DNA of 64,000 bases from the human T2T-CHM13v2.0 reference genome, Homo sapiens: NCBI RefSeq assembly GCF_009914755.1, contig NC_060931.1; one strand, written 5' to 3'. Shown here piece by piece: positions 43,859 through 59,031 of this stretch (position 1 is the stretch's first letter; each line of letters starts with the position of its first letter). Below the pieces are notes generated by a model. The model was not told where the DNA came from, did no database searches, and worked only from the letters and a program-made list of their open reading frames with translations. The translations under genes were made by a program, and so were the position numbers.

Positions 43859-44872
43859 TGGTCCTGGTTGTTTTCTTATTGTGCAGAAGCTTTTTAGCTT
43901 GCTGTAGTCCCGCTTGTCTACTTTTGCCTTTGTTGCCTGTGCTTTTGGTGTCATATCTAAAAAATCATTGCCAAGGCCAATGTCGAAAATCTCATTTCTT
44001 ACATTTTCTTTTAGGAGTTGTATAGTTGCAGGTCTTACATTTATATCTTTTATCCATTTTGAGTTTTTTTTGTGTGTACATGTATGTGTGTGATATAAAG
44101 ATCCAATTTCATTCTTTCAAATATGGATATTTAGTATTCCCAACACCGTGAATTGAAGAGACTATCATTTTTCCATTTTGTATTCTTGTCTGTATTATGG
44201 AAAATTAGTTGACTGTAGATGTGTGAGTTAATTTCTGGAATCTCCATTCTGTCCCACTGACCTATATGCCTGTTTTTGTTACAGTTCCATACTGTTTTGA
44301 TTAATATAGTTTTGTAGTATAATTTGAAATCAAGCAGTGTGATACCTCTTGAGAATACCTTTCTAAAGATTGCTTTGGTTATTCAAGGTCTTTTGGGGTT
44401 CCATATGAATTTTAAGATTTTTTTCCTATTTCTATGAAAAATATCATTTAAGTTTTGGTAGAGATTTTATTGAATCTGTAGACTGCTCTAGGCAGTATGG
44501 ACATTTTAATAATATTGTTTTGTGTAATCCATGAACATACAATGTCTTTTCATTTCTTTGTCTTCAATTTTTTTTCATAAATGCTTCATAGTTCTTTTAT
44601 GTAGAGATTTTTCACCTTGGTTAAATCTAAGTTTTTTTCTTTCTGATGCTATTATTAGTGGAAATGCTTTCTTGATTTCTTTTTCAGATAGTTCATTGTT
44701 GGTGTAGAGAAACACTTAATTTTTGCATTAATTTTTGTGGAGTCTATAAAGTTTCCTACGTACAAGGTCATGTCATCTACAAAAAGAGACATTTTACTTC
44801 TGTCTTATTTGGATGACATGTATTTCTTTTTCTGTCTAATTTATCTGGCTAAGACTTCCAGTATTAGGTTGA

Positions 44873-45196
<324 letters not shown>

Positions 45197-48035
45197 TCCT
45201 TTCTCTTTTTCTTCTATGTAACTTCTATAAGTATTTTCTTTGTGGTTATTATGGGACTTACATAAAATTTATTATAGTGAGCTGATAGCATTTTCTCTTG
45301 CATACGAAAACTCTACATTTTTATCTCATTTCCCCCCACATTATGTGCAATTGGTGTTGCAGTTCATATCTGTTTAGAATGTGTGTCCATTTACATAATT
45401 TAGTTATAGTCATTTTTAATTCATTTGTCTTTTTACTTTTATATTTGAACCAAAAGCTGTTTACCCACCACCTTTATAACAATGTAGTCTTCTGTTTTTG
45501 TCTATATATTTACCTTTAACAACAGATTTTATACTTTCTTATGTTTTTGTGTTGCTGTTTAGAATCCTTTCATTTCAAGTTGAAGAACTTTCTTTAGCAT
45601 TTTTTTGTATGTCAGAACTAGTGATGGTAACCTCTCTTAGCTTTTGTTTGTCTGAGAAAGGCTTTATTGCCCCCTTCATTTCTGAAGGACAGGTTTGCCT
45701 GGTATTGTATTCTTGATTGGCAGGTTTTTTTTTTCTTCTTTCAGCACTTTGAATATATCACACACTCCCTTCTGGCCTGCATGATTTCTATTGAAAAATC
45801 GGCTTATAGTCTTATGAGGGTTCTCAGGTAGATAGCAAGTAGCCATTTTCTTGTTTTCAAAATCCTCTCTTTGCTTTTAACTTTTGACAATTTATTTATA
45901 ATATGTCCTTGGTTTGGGCATCTTTGGGATTATCTTATATGGTGTTCTTGGTGTTCTTTGGGCTTCCTGAATCTGGATGTCTTATTTCCTTCCCCAGGTT
46001 TGGGAATTTTTCAGCCATTATTTCTCTGAATGAGTTTTCTGGTTCTCCTTCTGTGAGTTTCATAATGCATATATTGCCACTTGATGTTACCCTGTAATTC
46101 TCTTAATATATCTTCACTGTTTTTTATTCTTTTTTTTTCCTTTTTGCTCCTCTGACTAGAGGATTTCCAGTGAGCTGTCTTTGACTTTACTTCTCCTTTC
46201 TTCTGCTTAATCAAATCTGCTGTTGAAACCTCATATTGAATTTTTCAGTTCAGTTATTGTATTCTTCAGGTCTATTATTTCTATTTGGTATTTTTAAATA
46301 TTTTCTATCCCTTTGTCAAGATTCTCACATTGTTCATGCATTTCTCTCCTAACTATTGTGAACATCTTCATGATCAACATTTTGAATTCTCTGTTGGGTA
46401 AATCACATGTCTCCATTTCATTAAGGTAGGTTTCTGAAGATTTATCTTGTTCTTTTATTTGGAACATATTTTCATTTTCTTTGATTCTTTGTGTTAGTTT
46501 CTGCACATTTTATAGAACAACCACCTCTCTTAGTCTTCACAGACTGATGTCTATAAGAGTCAATCTTCATCCATTAGGCTAGCTAGAGATTCTGGATGCT
46601 ACCTATTCCTTCGTGCTTCCAAACTGCCATCTGTTTCCTTAGTGGGCCCAGGGTACTAGAGTATGCTAAACCCTAAGAGAGTCCTAAGATTGGCAAGATT
46701 GGAGCCAGTCTCTTGAGTAGCAGTTGGAATAAATGATGCATTAGGTACGTGTTCTAATGCATCAATTTATTCCAGCTCTCCTTATGCATCTCCAGCTGTC
46801 CTTAATGCATATTAATGTCCTTAGGAAGAAGCTGGGAACTGGAGTTTATCACCCACTTGCTCTGCACTGAGCCAGGAAGAGGAACTGTGGCAAATGCCTG
46901 TAATGCTCACTCAGACGCAGGCTGTTTTAAATCATTGCTTTACTCTTTGTCACCTCTAGGGGGTCTAGTAAATGCTAGGCCCTCAGTTCTTGGAACAGAC
47001 AAGCTAGAGGCCAGTCCCTCTGGTAGCGACTAGAAAATTTAAAGGTCTAGATGGGTAGTTTAAGCTCTTCTAAGGAGAAGCTATAGGCTTGGTTTTATTT
47101 CTGGAATGATTTGTGGGGAGGAGCCCTGGGAAGTATCCTCACATTCATTTAAACTCCCAGTGACTAGTGACTGCCTGCCCTGTTAGCTCCAAGAAACAGG
47201 CAAGTCAGAAGCCAGATCCATGGGTAGCAGCTGGAAAAGTCAAGGTACTAGATGTATAGTGTAACCCCTCCCAGGGAGAATCTGAGAGCTGTGCATTTTG
47301 GTAAAATAAGCTGGCAGGAGGAGTCATGGGACGAGCCTGCAAGGCCATTCAAAACCACTGCTTTGTTCTCTGGAGACTCCAAGTGACCAGCGAATATTGG
47401 GCCCTATCAGCTCCCCAGTTAGGTGAGTTAGTAACTACACTCCCAAGCAGCAGATGAAAAAAATCAGAGCATTTGTTGTGTAGTCCAACTCCTTCCAGGA
47501 AGAAGCTAAAGGTTTAGTTTCTTTGCCAGAGTGAGCTGGAGGAAGGAGCTGTAGGAAGTGCCTACATACCCATTTAAACTCCCTGGGGACTAGTAATTGC
47601 CTGCCCTGTTGACTTCCAGATACAGGCTTGTTATAAGCCAGACCCTTGGGCAGCAGCTGAAAAAGTCAGGGCTTTTGATGTGCAATCTAACCCCTTCTAG
47701 GGAAAAGCTAGGAGCTGAGCTTTGTCACCTGCTCACTGTGTGCTAAGCCAGTGGGGAGAAGCATGGGAAATGCTTGAGTGCCTGTTTAAAGCTGCCTCTG
47801 TTCTCTGCCATTCCAGGGGTCTAATAAGTGCTGGGCCCCATTGGCTTCCAGAGATAGGCAAGTTAGGAATCATTTCCTCTGGTAGTGGTTTTAAAAGTTG
47901 GGGTATTGTGTGTACGGTTCAAACCCTTTACTCCTCAGGGAGAAACTGAGAGATGGAGGTTCCCCTCAATTGTATAGTGCTGGGCTGAGGGTAGGGTTTA
48001 TGGTGAGAGTGAGAATATGTCTCAGCTTTTCTTAC

Positions 48036-48543
48036 TGTTGCACCCGAGCGAGTTAGGGAAACGCCACATTTGAGACAAATTAAGAGTCCTTTATTAGCCG
48101 TGGACGGAGAGACAGCTAATGCCCAAAGTTCTCTCGGCCCCTAGGAAGGGGCTTGATTAATTTTTATACCTTGGTTTAGGAAGGGGAGGGGTCTAGTTAG
48201 AACAATTTTACATAAGTTAAGTAGTCAAAAAGTTAAAAGGATAAATGGTTACAGGAAAGTAAACAGTTCCAGGTGCGGGGGCTTTAAGACTATTACAAGG
48301 TGATAGACGTGGGGCTTTGGGCATTATCAATCAGACGAATTCTTGGGGACTGCAGATATAGCTTGCCACAGTATCTTATCAGTTAATTGCATTCTTGGAT
48401 GTGCTGGGAGTCAGCTTGCACAAGTTAAGTCCTTGAGGAAGGGGCTGCCAGTGAAAGAGCCAGGATGGAGTTTGTCTGGTTCTCTTAGCTAAGGGAGAAA
48501 CAAGGCTAGGTGAATGAAGGAAAAAACAAGGTTGGGCATTACA
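48036..48543 (-). mobile_element. Solo ERV1 LTR, LTR6-like (HERV-S71/HERV-T)
   Basis: TG...CA termini; minus strand begins TGTAATGCCCAACCTTGTTTTT; 4-bp TSD ttac (48032-48035 / 48544-48547); minus-strand TATAAA and AATAAA; CpGs retained. Confidence 0.8.
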
Positions 48544-48699
48544 TTACCTGTGCTGAAGTGGGAATTTTCTCAGCCATCCGACATACAGAAATCTCTCCAC
48601 TAGTTTCTGTATTTTTCTCAGAGGATGTCGATTCATGTATAGCTGTTTATTTGATGCTCTATGGGTGGAGTGAGAGTTCTCAGCCTCCTATTCTGTTTT

Positions 48700-49480
48700 T
48701 TTGCTGAAGTACTCCTGCATGTTTGGTAATTTTTTATTTATATTAGACATTGTGAATTTTTTTTTTTAGGTTTCAGATACTTGAATTTCTATAATTTTCT
48801 TGTGATTTGTTCTGAGATATAGTAAATTAACTTTGACCAAGTTTTATCTTTTAAGGTCTTGCTTTTAAGATTTTTTAGTTGGGACAGGAGCAGTGCTCAG
48901 CTTAGGGCTAATTCCTGCTACTGAAGCAAGTCCCTTACATGTATTCTACACATTGCCCCATAAATCTTAAGGTTTTCCAGTTTGACTGGCGTGAACAGAA
49001 ACTATTCTTATTCTTGTGTAAATGCCCAGAACTGTTATCTGTAATTGTTTCCAGATCATTCTTTCCTTGGCCTCAGGTAGTTTCTTCACATAAATGTACT
49101 GATCAATGCTGAGCTGAATTCTCAAAGGCAAACTTCTGAGTTTTCTTTTGTGCAGATTTCTTCTCTCTGCCGTATTTTCCTGTGAATTCTAACTGCCTGG
49201 TCTCCCTGGACTCTCAACTCTGTCTCTACAACTTAGAGAGTCTGCTGGATTTCACCTGAGTTTCCTCCCTACACCATGGCCTGGAAACTCTCTCAATGCT
49301 GTAACTTGGGGCAGTTGTAGGGCTCCTCTTACTTGTGTCCCTCCCTCATGTATCACTGTTCCTCATTGCCTGACCTCTAGTGGCCTGTAAGTTGTTTTAT
49401 TCAGCATTACATATTTTAAATTTCAGGTTTCTGGGTAAATTTGGTCTCTATTACTCCATTTTGGCCGGAAACACAAATGT
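48700..49480 (-). mobile_element. Ancient L1 (L1MC/ME-type) 5' fragment
   Basis: Degenerate L1M-like sequence (tattagacattgtgaattt...; ttactccattttggccggaa). Boundaries approximate. Confidence 0.45.
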
Positions 49481-50270
49481 GTCACTTGATTCTGGTTTGT
49501 ATGTTAACTATGTGATTAGCAAAGCAAATGGCAGCAGAGAGAAAAAAGGGAGATGATATGGCTTTCAGAAAAAAAAATGACTTCAAGAAAATTGTAAATA
49601 AAATGAGAAAATAAGTGCAACTCAACTTGTCTTTTTACCAGGCAAATACATACGGAAGTACCAAAAATGCTTTGCTTTCTTTCTTAGGCCATTATAATAG
49701 ATTAGGTGAATTGAAGATACTGAAAGGGAAAGATGAAATAACAGGATAAAAAGAGTAAGTTAAAGGATCACAGGAGAGAAAGAACTAATATAGCTTGGAA
49801 GTGAATAAATATGTCATTGAAATTTGGAACTGCAATGGGAAAATTTGAGGGAGGGATTATGTTTAAAATGTTTTTTGGTGTGTCTTATGAAGAGAACATA
49901 AATGCAAATATTCCCATGAGATTACCAGTCTTCCAGAAGATGGGCTGAGAACAACATAAGAAGAGCAGGGCTGGGAGAGAAGAAAAGATTCTCAACTTTA
50001 TATAGATAACAATGAGCAATGAGGGTATTTTGTGGCCCTTCACTCCAAATTATTAAACCTAGTACCTTATAGAATATTTATTGGCTTCAGAAGCCTCGTG
50101 ATTATATTTCCTTTACGTATTAGTATATCAAACTCTTGATAGAGTTTTTAAAAATATTAGGAAGCAAAGAGAATGAAGGAAAACCATGAAGCTGTGAGCA
50201 AGGATTTGGCTGTTCCTTCACAGAAGAAAGAACTTAGATTTTATTTTCAATGTTTGAGAGACACTGTTAA

Positions 50271-51001
50271 TGTACTTGCCTAGTGGATTCTTCCTGCCTG
50301 CTGCACAGACAAAACCAGTTCACTGAGACCAAGGCATTGCAGTAAAGAATTTAATTGATGAAGGCCTGCTATGCCACATGGGAGACAGAGTTACTACTCA
50401 CATAGTCCCCTGCAAAATTCGGAGACTAGGGTGTTTTAAGGATAGTTTAGTGGGTCGGGCGGCGGGGGGTTAGAGGAATGGGTTCTTTTGATTGGTTGGG
50501 GGTGCAATCATAGGGGTGTGGAAAATGGTCCTCAACCACTGAGTCTGTTTTCTGGGTGGGGGCCCCAGGACGGACTGGTGGAACCAAGAGTCCAGGGTCT
50601 GGGTGGTGCCATCAGATTGTCAGAAATGCAGAAGCCTAAAAAGACATTTTAAAAGGCCAATCTTAGATTGTACAGTAGTGAATTGGGGAAGCTGCAAATC
50701 TTGTGACCTCCAGAATAATGGCTGGTAATCGTTTAACTATCCCTACATCTTAGCAGAATTCAGGCCCCTCTCATTTTCCTAACCTGATGACCTTTCATTA
50801 GTTTAAAACAGTAGTATAATTTTGGGAAATGGCTATTTTCATTTAAACTATAAGCTAAATTTATTCCAAAGTAGTTTGGCCCAAGCCCAGGAATGACCAA
50901 GTACAGTTTGAAGGTTAAAGGCAAGATGAGAGTTGGTCAGATCAGATCTCTTTCACTGTCATAATTTTCTCACTGTTATAATTTTTGCAAAGGTGGTTTC
51001 A
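50271..51001 (-). mobile_element. Solo ERV1 LTR, LTR8A-like
   Basis: Minus strand begins TGAAACCACCTTTGCAAAAATTATAACAGTGAGAAAATTATGACAGTGAAAGAGATCTG; ~730 bp; TG...CA ends. Confidence 0.8.
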
Positions 51002-52486
51002 CTAGTAGGTGGTGACCTCTTCTTTCTCTAAACTGTCTTCTTTGCATTCTTGGCTGAAAGAGAGAATGTGTATTACTCTAGAGTCTACCAGGCACCATTC
51101 CAAACTGCTATGGTGAAATAAAGAGATCACTCTGTCAAGAATAGAAGTAAAACCAACTATATAAAGAAATGAGAGAAGCATATAATCCTCAAGATGGTGG
51201 TAGGTATTACAGAAAATCTAACTAGGAAAGTTCTAGAGGTCTTTTTACATTTTAAAGTTATTGCCATTTGCCTAACAGAACAGATGTAACCCCATTAGCC
51301 TTTAATGAAGAAAGACCTTCATTTGGCTTATTCTCCAAGCTTTGTCAAATATTCTTATGCATTAAGTTTAGATATCTGATTTGAATTAATTTTCAAGGTT
51401 TGTCATGTAACAATGCCTGGTATGTTCTTGAGAATAATGCCAGTTGAATTCTTTGAGCAAGTTGACAACCTCTGCCTCTTCAGTAACACTCAATCACACT
51501 TTCCACAGAAATTGAAATATGAAACAGCATCTTGTAATATGTATGTGTATCAAAATGTAGTAGCAAAATGTATTTCAGAATCTATAAATATAGATTTATA
51601 TTCTGACCCATGAAGAACTGTTATAAATTGGTTTTAACAGAACCAATCAAAATTTTGTCACAAGAGAGGAAGGAAGCATTTTGCTCACCATTTGTAATAA
51701 TCATTTATTTGTCCCCAAACATTTCTTGAGAAGCTTCTATCACCAAGTGTTTGTTCTCTACCCTCAAGAATCTTGAGTAAGCAATTATAGGGCATTTTCC
51801 ATTCCATAGTAGCAACTGGATTTTCAAAGAACAATATTTCTTTTTCATTCAATTTCAGAAAGATGTAGGCCAATTGTTAAGGAGGTGTGCTTATACTTTG
51901 GTACCCAGTGACTTGAAGAATTCTATAATTTTATAGTTTTATGTTGGTACAAATTCTATGGAAGCTTTTTCATAAGTATCAAGGTAGTAAAAGGTCATTC
52001 CTATATAATTTTTAATATAATCATTGTCATTTATATATATTATTGGAGAAAACACACTTCTGTACCTTCCATCCTTACTATTCTGAACTTTTAATGTCCT
52101 TTGTAAAGTGAGCCCTTAATAGCAGAACCTCTTCCAGTGTTGCCAAGTTCTATTATAATCATGACTATTTTGATTCTTCTCTCATCCTAGAAATTTACTT
52201 GTGTTATGAAATTCAAAGCTAACCCTTTGGTTGTGCCTATTGATTGAGCCAGACTTGACATTTGCTTCTGTTCAGGAAAAATGCTTTTGCTGCCAAACTA
52301 ATATCTCTGCACAGTAAGAAGCAAATACCATGGAAATGAAATAAATACTTCCTAAAATGACTTTTTAAATGTGAACATAGAAGAATGGAAGCTCATCCTT
52401 CTTGAAGTAGTCAGAAAAAGTCAACCATCAAGCTGTTTCCCAGTACTTGGAGAAAAATACCCATTCTGAACATAAATGATAAATCT

Positions 52487-52489
<3 letters not shown>

Positions 52490-52545
<56 letters not shown>
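52490..52545 (+). repeat. (TG)28 perfect microsatellite
   Basis: 56 nt of uninterrupted TG, preceded by a short (TC)n. Confidence 0.97.
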
Positions 52546-52547
<2 letters not shown>

Positions 52548-54045
52548 GAAGGGGGCCACAAGGCCAGGTTCATGTCCTCAGTGTGGTGCCCCATGCTCAC
52601 CATTCCTCCATGTGGTATCCCATACCCAACTCTCTAAGAATCAGTCCTTCAGATGTTACACCTTGACACCTCAGTACATTAGAATTCAGTAGTTGAAAAA
52701 CAAATTAACTCTGTCATTGTAAAATGTCTGTCATATTACATGAGTTCCTGTGCCATTAGCTTTCTACATTCTCTTTTTCTATAGATCCAACATTTTCTCT
52801 ATGACTCCATTGGGTGGCTCCCAGGTCCTCATTTTGAATTTTGTCTTCTCTGACCTTTGGTCCTGCATTTCTTATGATCAGAAAAGCCCTTATCACAAAC
52901 TCATCCACCAAGTATGCATTTTGTTAACCCCAAAGAAAAGGTATTTCTCTAGATTTCTTTATGTCTTCCAGTTACACCAGTCACTTTTCTTCCTACATGG
53001 TGTGAACCTTTGAAATAATCTCTAATTTGTTTCCTTTTCTTCACCCTCCATATCAAGTAAACTAAGATCTGTCCTAAATTCTTTTCCAAAGTCTCCAATT
53101 TGCAGCATTCTTTCCATTCCAGTGCTGTTGCCACTTAGTGCTTTCTCGTCACCCTGGACCAAATCTCCACACTTCGTTAGACCATCAATCACAGATCTTT
53201 TCTCTGGCTGCTCCCTTTGAATTGTTTATCCTAGATTCGGTTTTGTTCCTAAACCTACCCAACCATCCGCCTTTGCTTGTAGGTTGTTTCTCAATTCCAT
53301 TTTCTCCACCCTCAGCTTCTAAGGTCCAGTGACTTTCCACACCTAACATTGGCCCCTCATTTGTCAGAGAAGGGTTTAGACTATATTTTTTTACATAGTT
53401 TCTATACAAACATGTTTTAAATGTTGTCTTGCAGCTGTCAATTTCTTACCCAGCAACTTTTAATAACTCCTCACTGTCTACAGCATAAAGTCCAAATTCT
53501 TTAACCTGATACTTAAAACCCTCTACTAATCTGGCCTCAATATACCTCTCTAAATTTATCTTCTCTTGCTCTCAAATCAAAACTTATATTCTGAAAACCT
53601 TGTCTCTCAGACATAAAATGTGAATTTAGTCTCCAGATCTTTGTATATGCCAGGAGATCTCGCTAGGATATTGTCCCCATTCCTTTCCACTTAACTGATT
53701 CCTACCTATCCTTGAAATTCACACCAGAGCTTCTATTCTCTATGAAATTCTATTTCACTTATCCACAATAATCCACCCATTATACTCTCCTGCCTTACTT
53801 ATTATGTGACTCACCCATGTTGGCTCTTATTATATGCTACCTTTTCTTCTTTTTTTGACTTTATTTTTTAATTTACAAATAAAATTGTATGTATTTACCA
53901 TCTACAGCATGATGTATTGAATTATATATGCATTGTGGAGTAACTAAATATAGCTAATTAGCATATGCATTACCTCACATAGTTATCATAGTTATGGTGA
54001 GAACACTTAACATCCACCGTCTTACCATTTTTCAGTAACACAATA

Positions 54046-54157
54046 CAAATGGTCCCTGATTTACACTGGTGTTTGACTTACAGTTGTTTTTTTTTTTTTT
54101 TTAACTTTACAATGGGTTTATTGGAATGAAACCCAATTGTAAGTTCAGAAACATCTG
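54046..54157. mobile_element. Short Tigger-family MITE (MER47-like)
   Basis: Imperfect TIRs (caaatggtccctgatttaca / tgtaagttcagaaacatctg), flanked by TA on both sides, interrupting the L1. Confidence 0.65.
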
Positions 54158-56360
54158 TATACTGTTATTACCTATAGTCATCATGTTATACAATAGATCT
54201 CTTGAACTTACTTTTCCTGTATAGCTGAAATTTTGTATCCTTTGACCAACATCTCCCATCTTTCCTTCCTCAACTGCCCCAGCCCCTGATAACCTTACCT
54301 TCCTACTGTCTACTTTATGACATGAACTTTTTAAGATTCCACATGAGTGAACTCATACAGTACTTGTTGTTCTGTACCTCGCTTATTTCACTTAACAAAA
54401 TGCTCTCCTGGTTCATCTATATCGTTGCAAATGACAGGATTGTCTTTATTATGGCTGAATAGTATTCCATTGTGTAAGCCACATTTTCCTTACCTATTCA
54501 TCTTTTGATAAACACATAGGTTGATTTCATATCTTGGCTATTGTGAATGATACTGCAGTGAACATGGGGGTACAAATACCTCTCTGACATGCTTATTTTA
54601 TTTTCATTGGATATTTATCTAGTAGTGGGATTGCTGGATCATACAGAAGTTCTATTTTTAATTTTTGAGTAACATTTATACTGTTTGCCATAATGGCTAT
54701 ACTAATGTACATTACCACCAACTGTGTGCAAGGGTTCCCTTTTCTCCACAATCTTGCCAATATTTGCTGTCTTTTGTCCTTCTGATCATAGCCATTCTAA
54801 CATGTGTAAGGTGATAGCTCATTGTAGTTTTTAATTTGCATTTCCCTGATGATTAATGATGTTGAGCATTTTTTCAGATACTCATTGACCATCTGTATGT
54901 CTTCTTTAAAGAGATGTCTACTCAGATCCTTTGCCCATTTCAAAATCTGGTTATTGTTTTCTTGCTATTAAATTGAGTTCCTTATATATTTTGGATATTA
55001 TCCCTTAATCAGATGTAAGTTTGCAAATATTTTCTCCCATTTTGTACATTGTCTCTTTATTCTGTTGATTGTTTCTTTTTCTGTTGAGAAGCTTTTTAGT
55101 TTGATGTAACTCCATTTGTCTGTTTTTGCTTTTGCAGCATGTGCTTTTGAGGTCATTTCCCAAAAATCCTTGTCCAGAACAATGTCACGGAGCTTTCTTG
55201 TTAGGTTTTCTTATAGTAGTTTCATATTTTACAATTAAGTCTTTAATCAATTTTGAGGGAGTTTTTTGGATATGGTGTAAGATAAAGGTCTAATTTTATT
55301 CTTCTGCATGTGGATATCCAGTTTTCCAACACCATTTGTTGCAAAGACTGTTCTTTCCCTATAGTGTGTTCTTGCCACCTGCATAAAAAAAATTGGTTGG
55401 CTGTAAATGTGTAGATTTATTTGTGGGCTCTCAGTTCTGTTCCATTGGTCTGTATGTATGTTTTTATGCCAGTACCATGCTGTTCTGATTACTTAAGGTT
55501 TGTAGTATATTTTGAAGTCAGGTAGTGTGATGCCTTCAGCTTTGTTCTTTTTGCTCAATGTTGCTTTAACTGTTTGGGGTCTTTTGTGGTTTCATATGAA
55601 TTTTAGGATCGTTTTTCCTAGTTCTGTAAAAAATTTCGCTGGTATTTTGATAGAGATTACATAGAATTTGTAGGTCACTTTGAGTAATATGGGCATTTTG
55701 ACAATATTAATTCTTCCAATCCATAAGCATGGAATATCTATCAATTTATTTGTGTCTTCTTCAATTTCTCTCATCAGTATTTTATAGTTTTCAGTATAGA
55801 GATCTTTTATCTTTGTTAGATTTATTCCTAAGTGCTGTGTTATTTTGGTCTCTATTGTAAATTGTTTTCTTGATTTTTTACTCAGTTCACTGTTAGTGTG
55901 TAGAAATGCTACTAATTTTTGTATATTGACTTTTCATCCTACAAGTTAACGGCATTTGTTTATTATTTCTGAAGGTTTTTAGTGAAGTCTTTAGGGTTTT
56001 CTATATAAAAGATTATGTTGTCTGCAAATGGGAGCAATTTAACTTATTCTTTTCAGATTTGGATCCCTTTTGTTTCTTTCTCTTGCCTAATTGTTTTGCT
56101 AGGACTTCCAGGACTATGCTGAATAGAAGTAGCAAAACTGCATATCTTTGCCTTGTACCAGATCTTTAAGGAAAAGCTTCCAACTTTTCCCTATTGAGTA
56201 TGATGTTTGCTGTGGGTTTGTCATATATGGCCTTTTTATGTGGAGGTGCATTCCTTCTATACCTAATTTATTGAGGGTTTTTATCATGAAAGGGTATTGA
56301 ATTTTGCCAACTGCTTTTTTTGCATCTATTGAAATGATCATAAAAGTTTTTGTACATTTA

Positions 56361-57391
<1,031 letters not shown>

Positions 57392-57550
57392 TATTGATTT
57401 GCGTTCATGGGACTATCTTTGCATCTCTGGGATGAATCCCACTTAATCATAGTGAATGGTCTTTATAGTGTGCTATTGAATTTGATTTGCTAGTATTTTG
57501 TTGAGGATTTTTGCATCTGTGTTCATCAGAGATATATGACTATAGTCTTC

Positions 57551-57856
<306 letters not shown>

Positions 57857-58378
57857 TAACATTCTTATCTGGCTTTGGTATCAGGGTAATGCTGGCTTCA
57901 TAAAATGAGCCTGGAAGTATCCCTCTCTTCAGTTTTTTGCAACAGAGAAAAAATTGCTATTAGTTCTTCTTTAAATGTTTGTTACAATTCAGCAGTGAAA
58001 GTAAAAAGCCCTGGGCTTTTCTTTGATTGGAGACTTCTTTATTACTGATTCAATCTCCTTACTCATTATTGGCCTCTTCTGATTTTCTGTTTCTTCATAA
58101 TTAATTTTTTGATAGATTGTAGATGTCAAGGAATTTATCCATTTCTTTTAGGTTATTCTATTTGTTGTCATATAATTGTTCATAATAGTCTTTTATGATT
58201 CTTTGTATTTATGTTTTACCAGTTATAATATCTTCTTTTATATTTTTGATTTTATTTAAGTCTTCTCTTTTTTCCTTAGTTAGCCCAGCTAAAAGTTTGT
58301 CAATTTTATCTTTTCAAAAACATTAATTCTTCATCAATCTTTTGTATTGTTTTTCTAGTCTTTATTTTTCTTCTCTAA

Positions 58379-58682
<304 letters not shown>

Positions 58683-59031
58683 TCTTCTCTAATTTTTATT
58701 TCCTTCTATTAACTTTGAGCTTCATTTGTTCTTGTTTCTCTAGTTCCTTAAGGTGAAACATTAGATTATTTAATTTCTTCTTTTTTGATGTAGATATTTA
58801 TTGCTATAAACTTTTATTCCATGTTTTTGTGTGTTGTGTTTCCATTTTTGTTTGTCTCAAGAAATTTTTACATTTCTCTTTTAATTCCTCTTTGACCCTT
58901 TGGTTGCTCAGAAGGGTATTGTTTAATTTTCATTTATTTGTGAATTTTCTGAAATTCCTTCTGTTATTGACTTCTAGTTTTATACCATTGTGGACAGAAA
59001 AGATACTTGATAAGATTTTAGTTTTTTTAGA

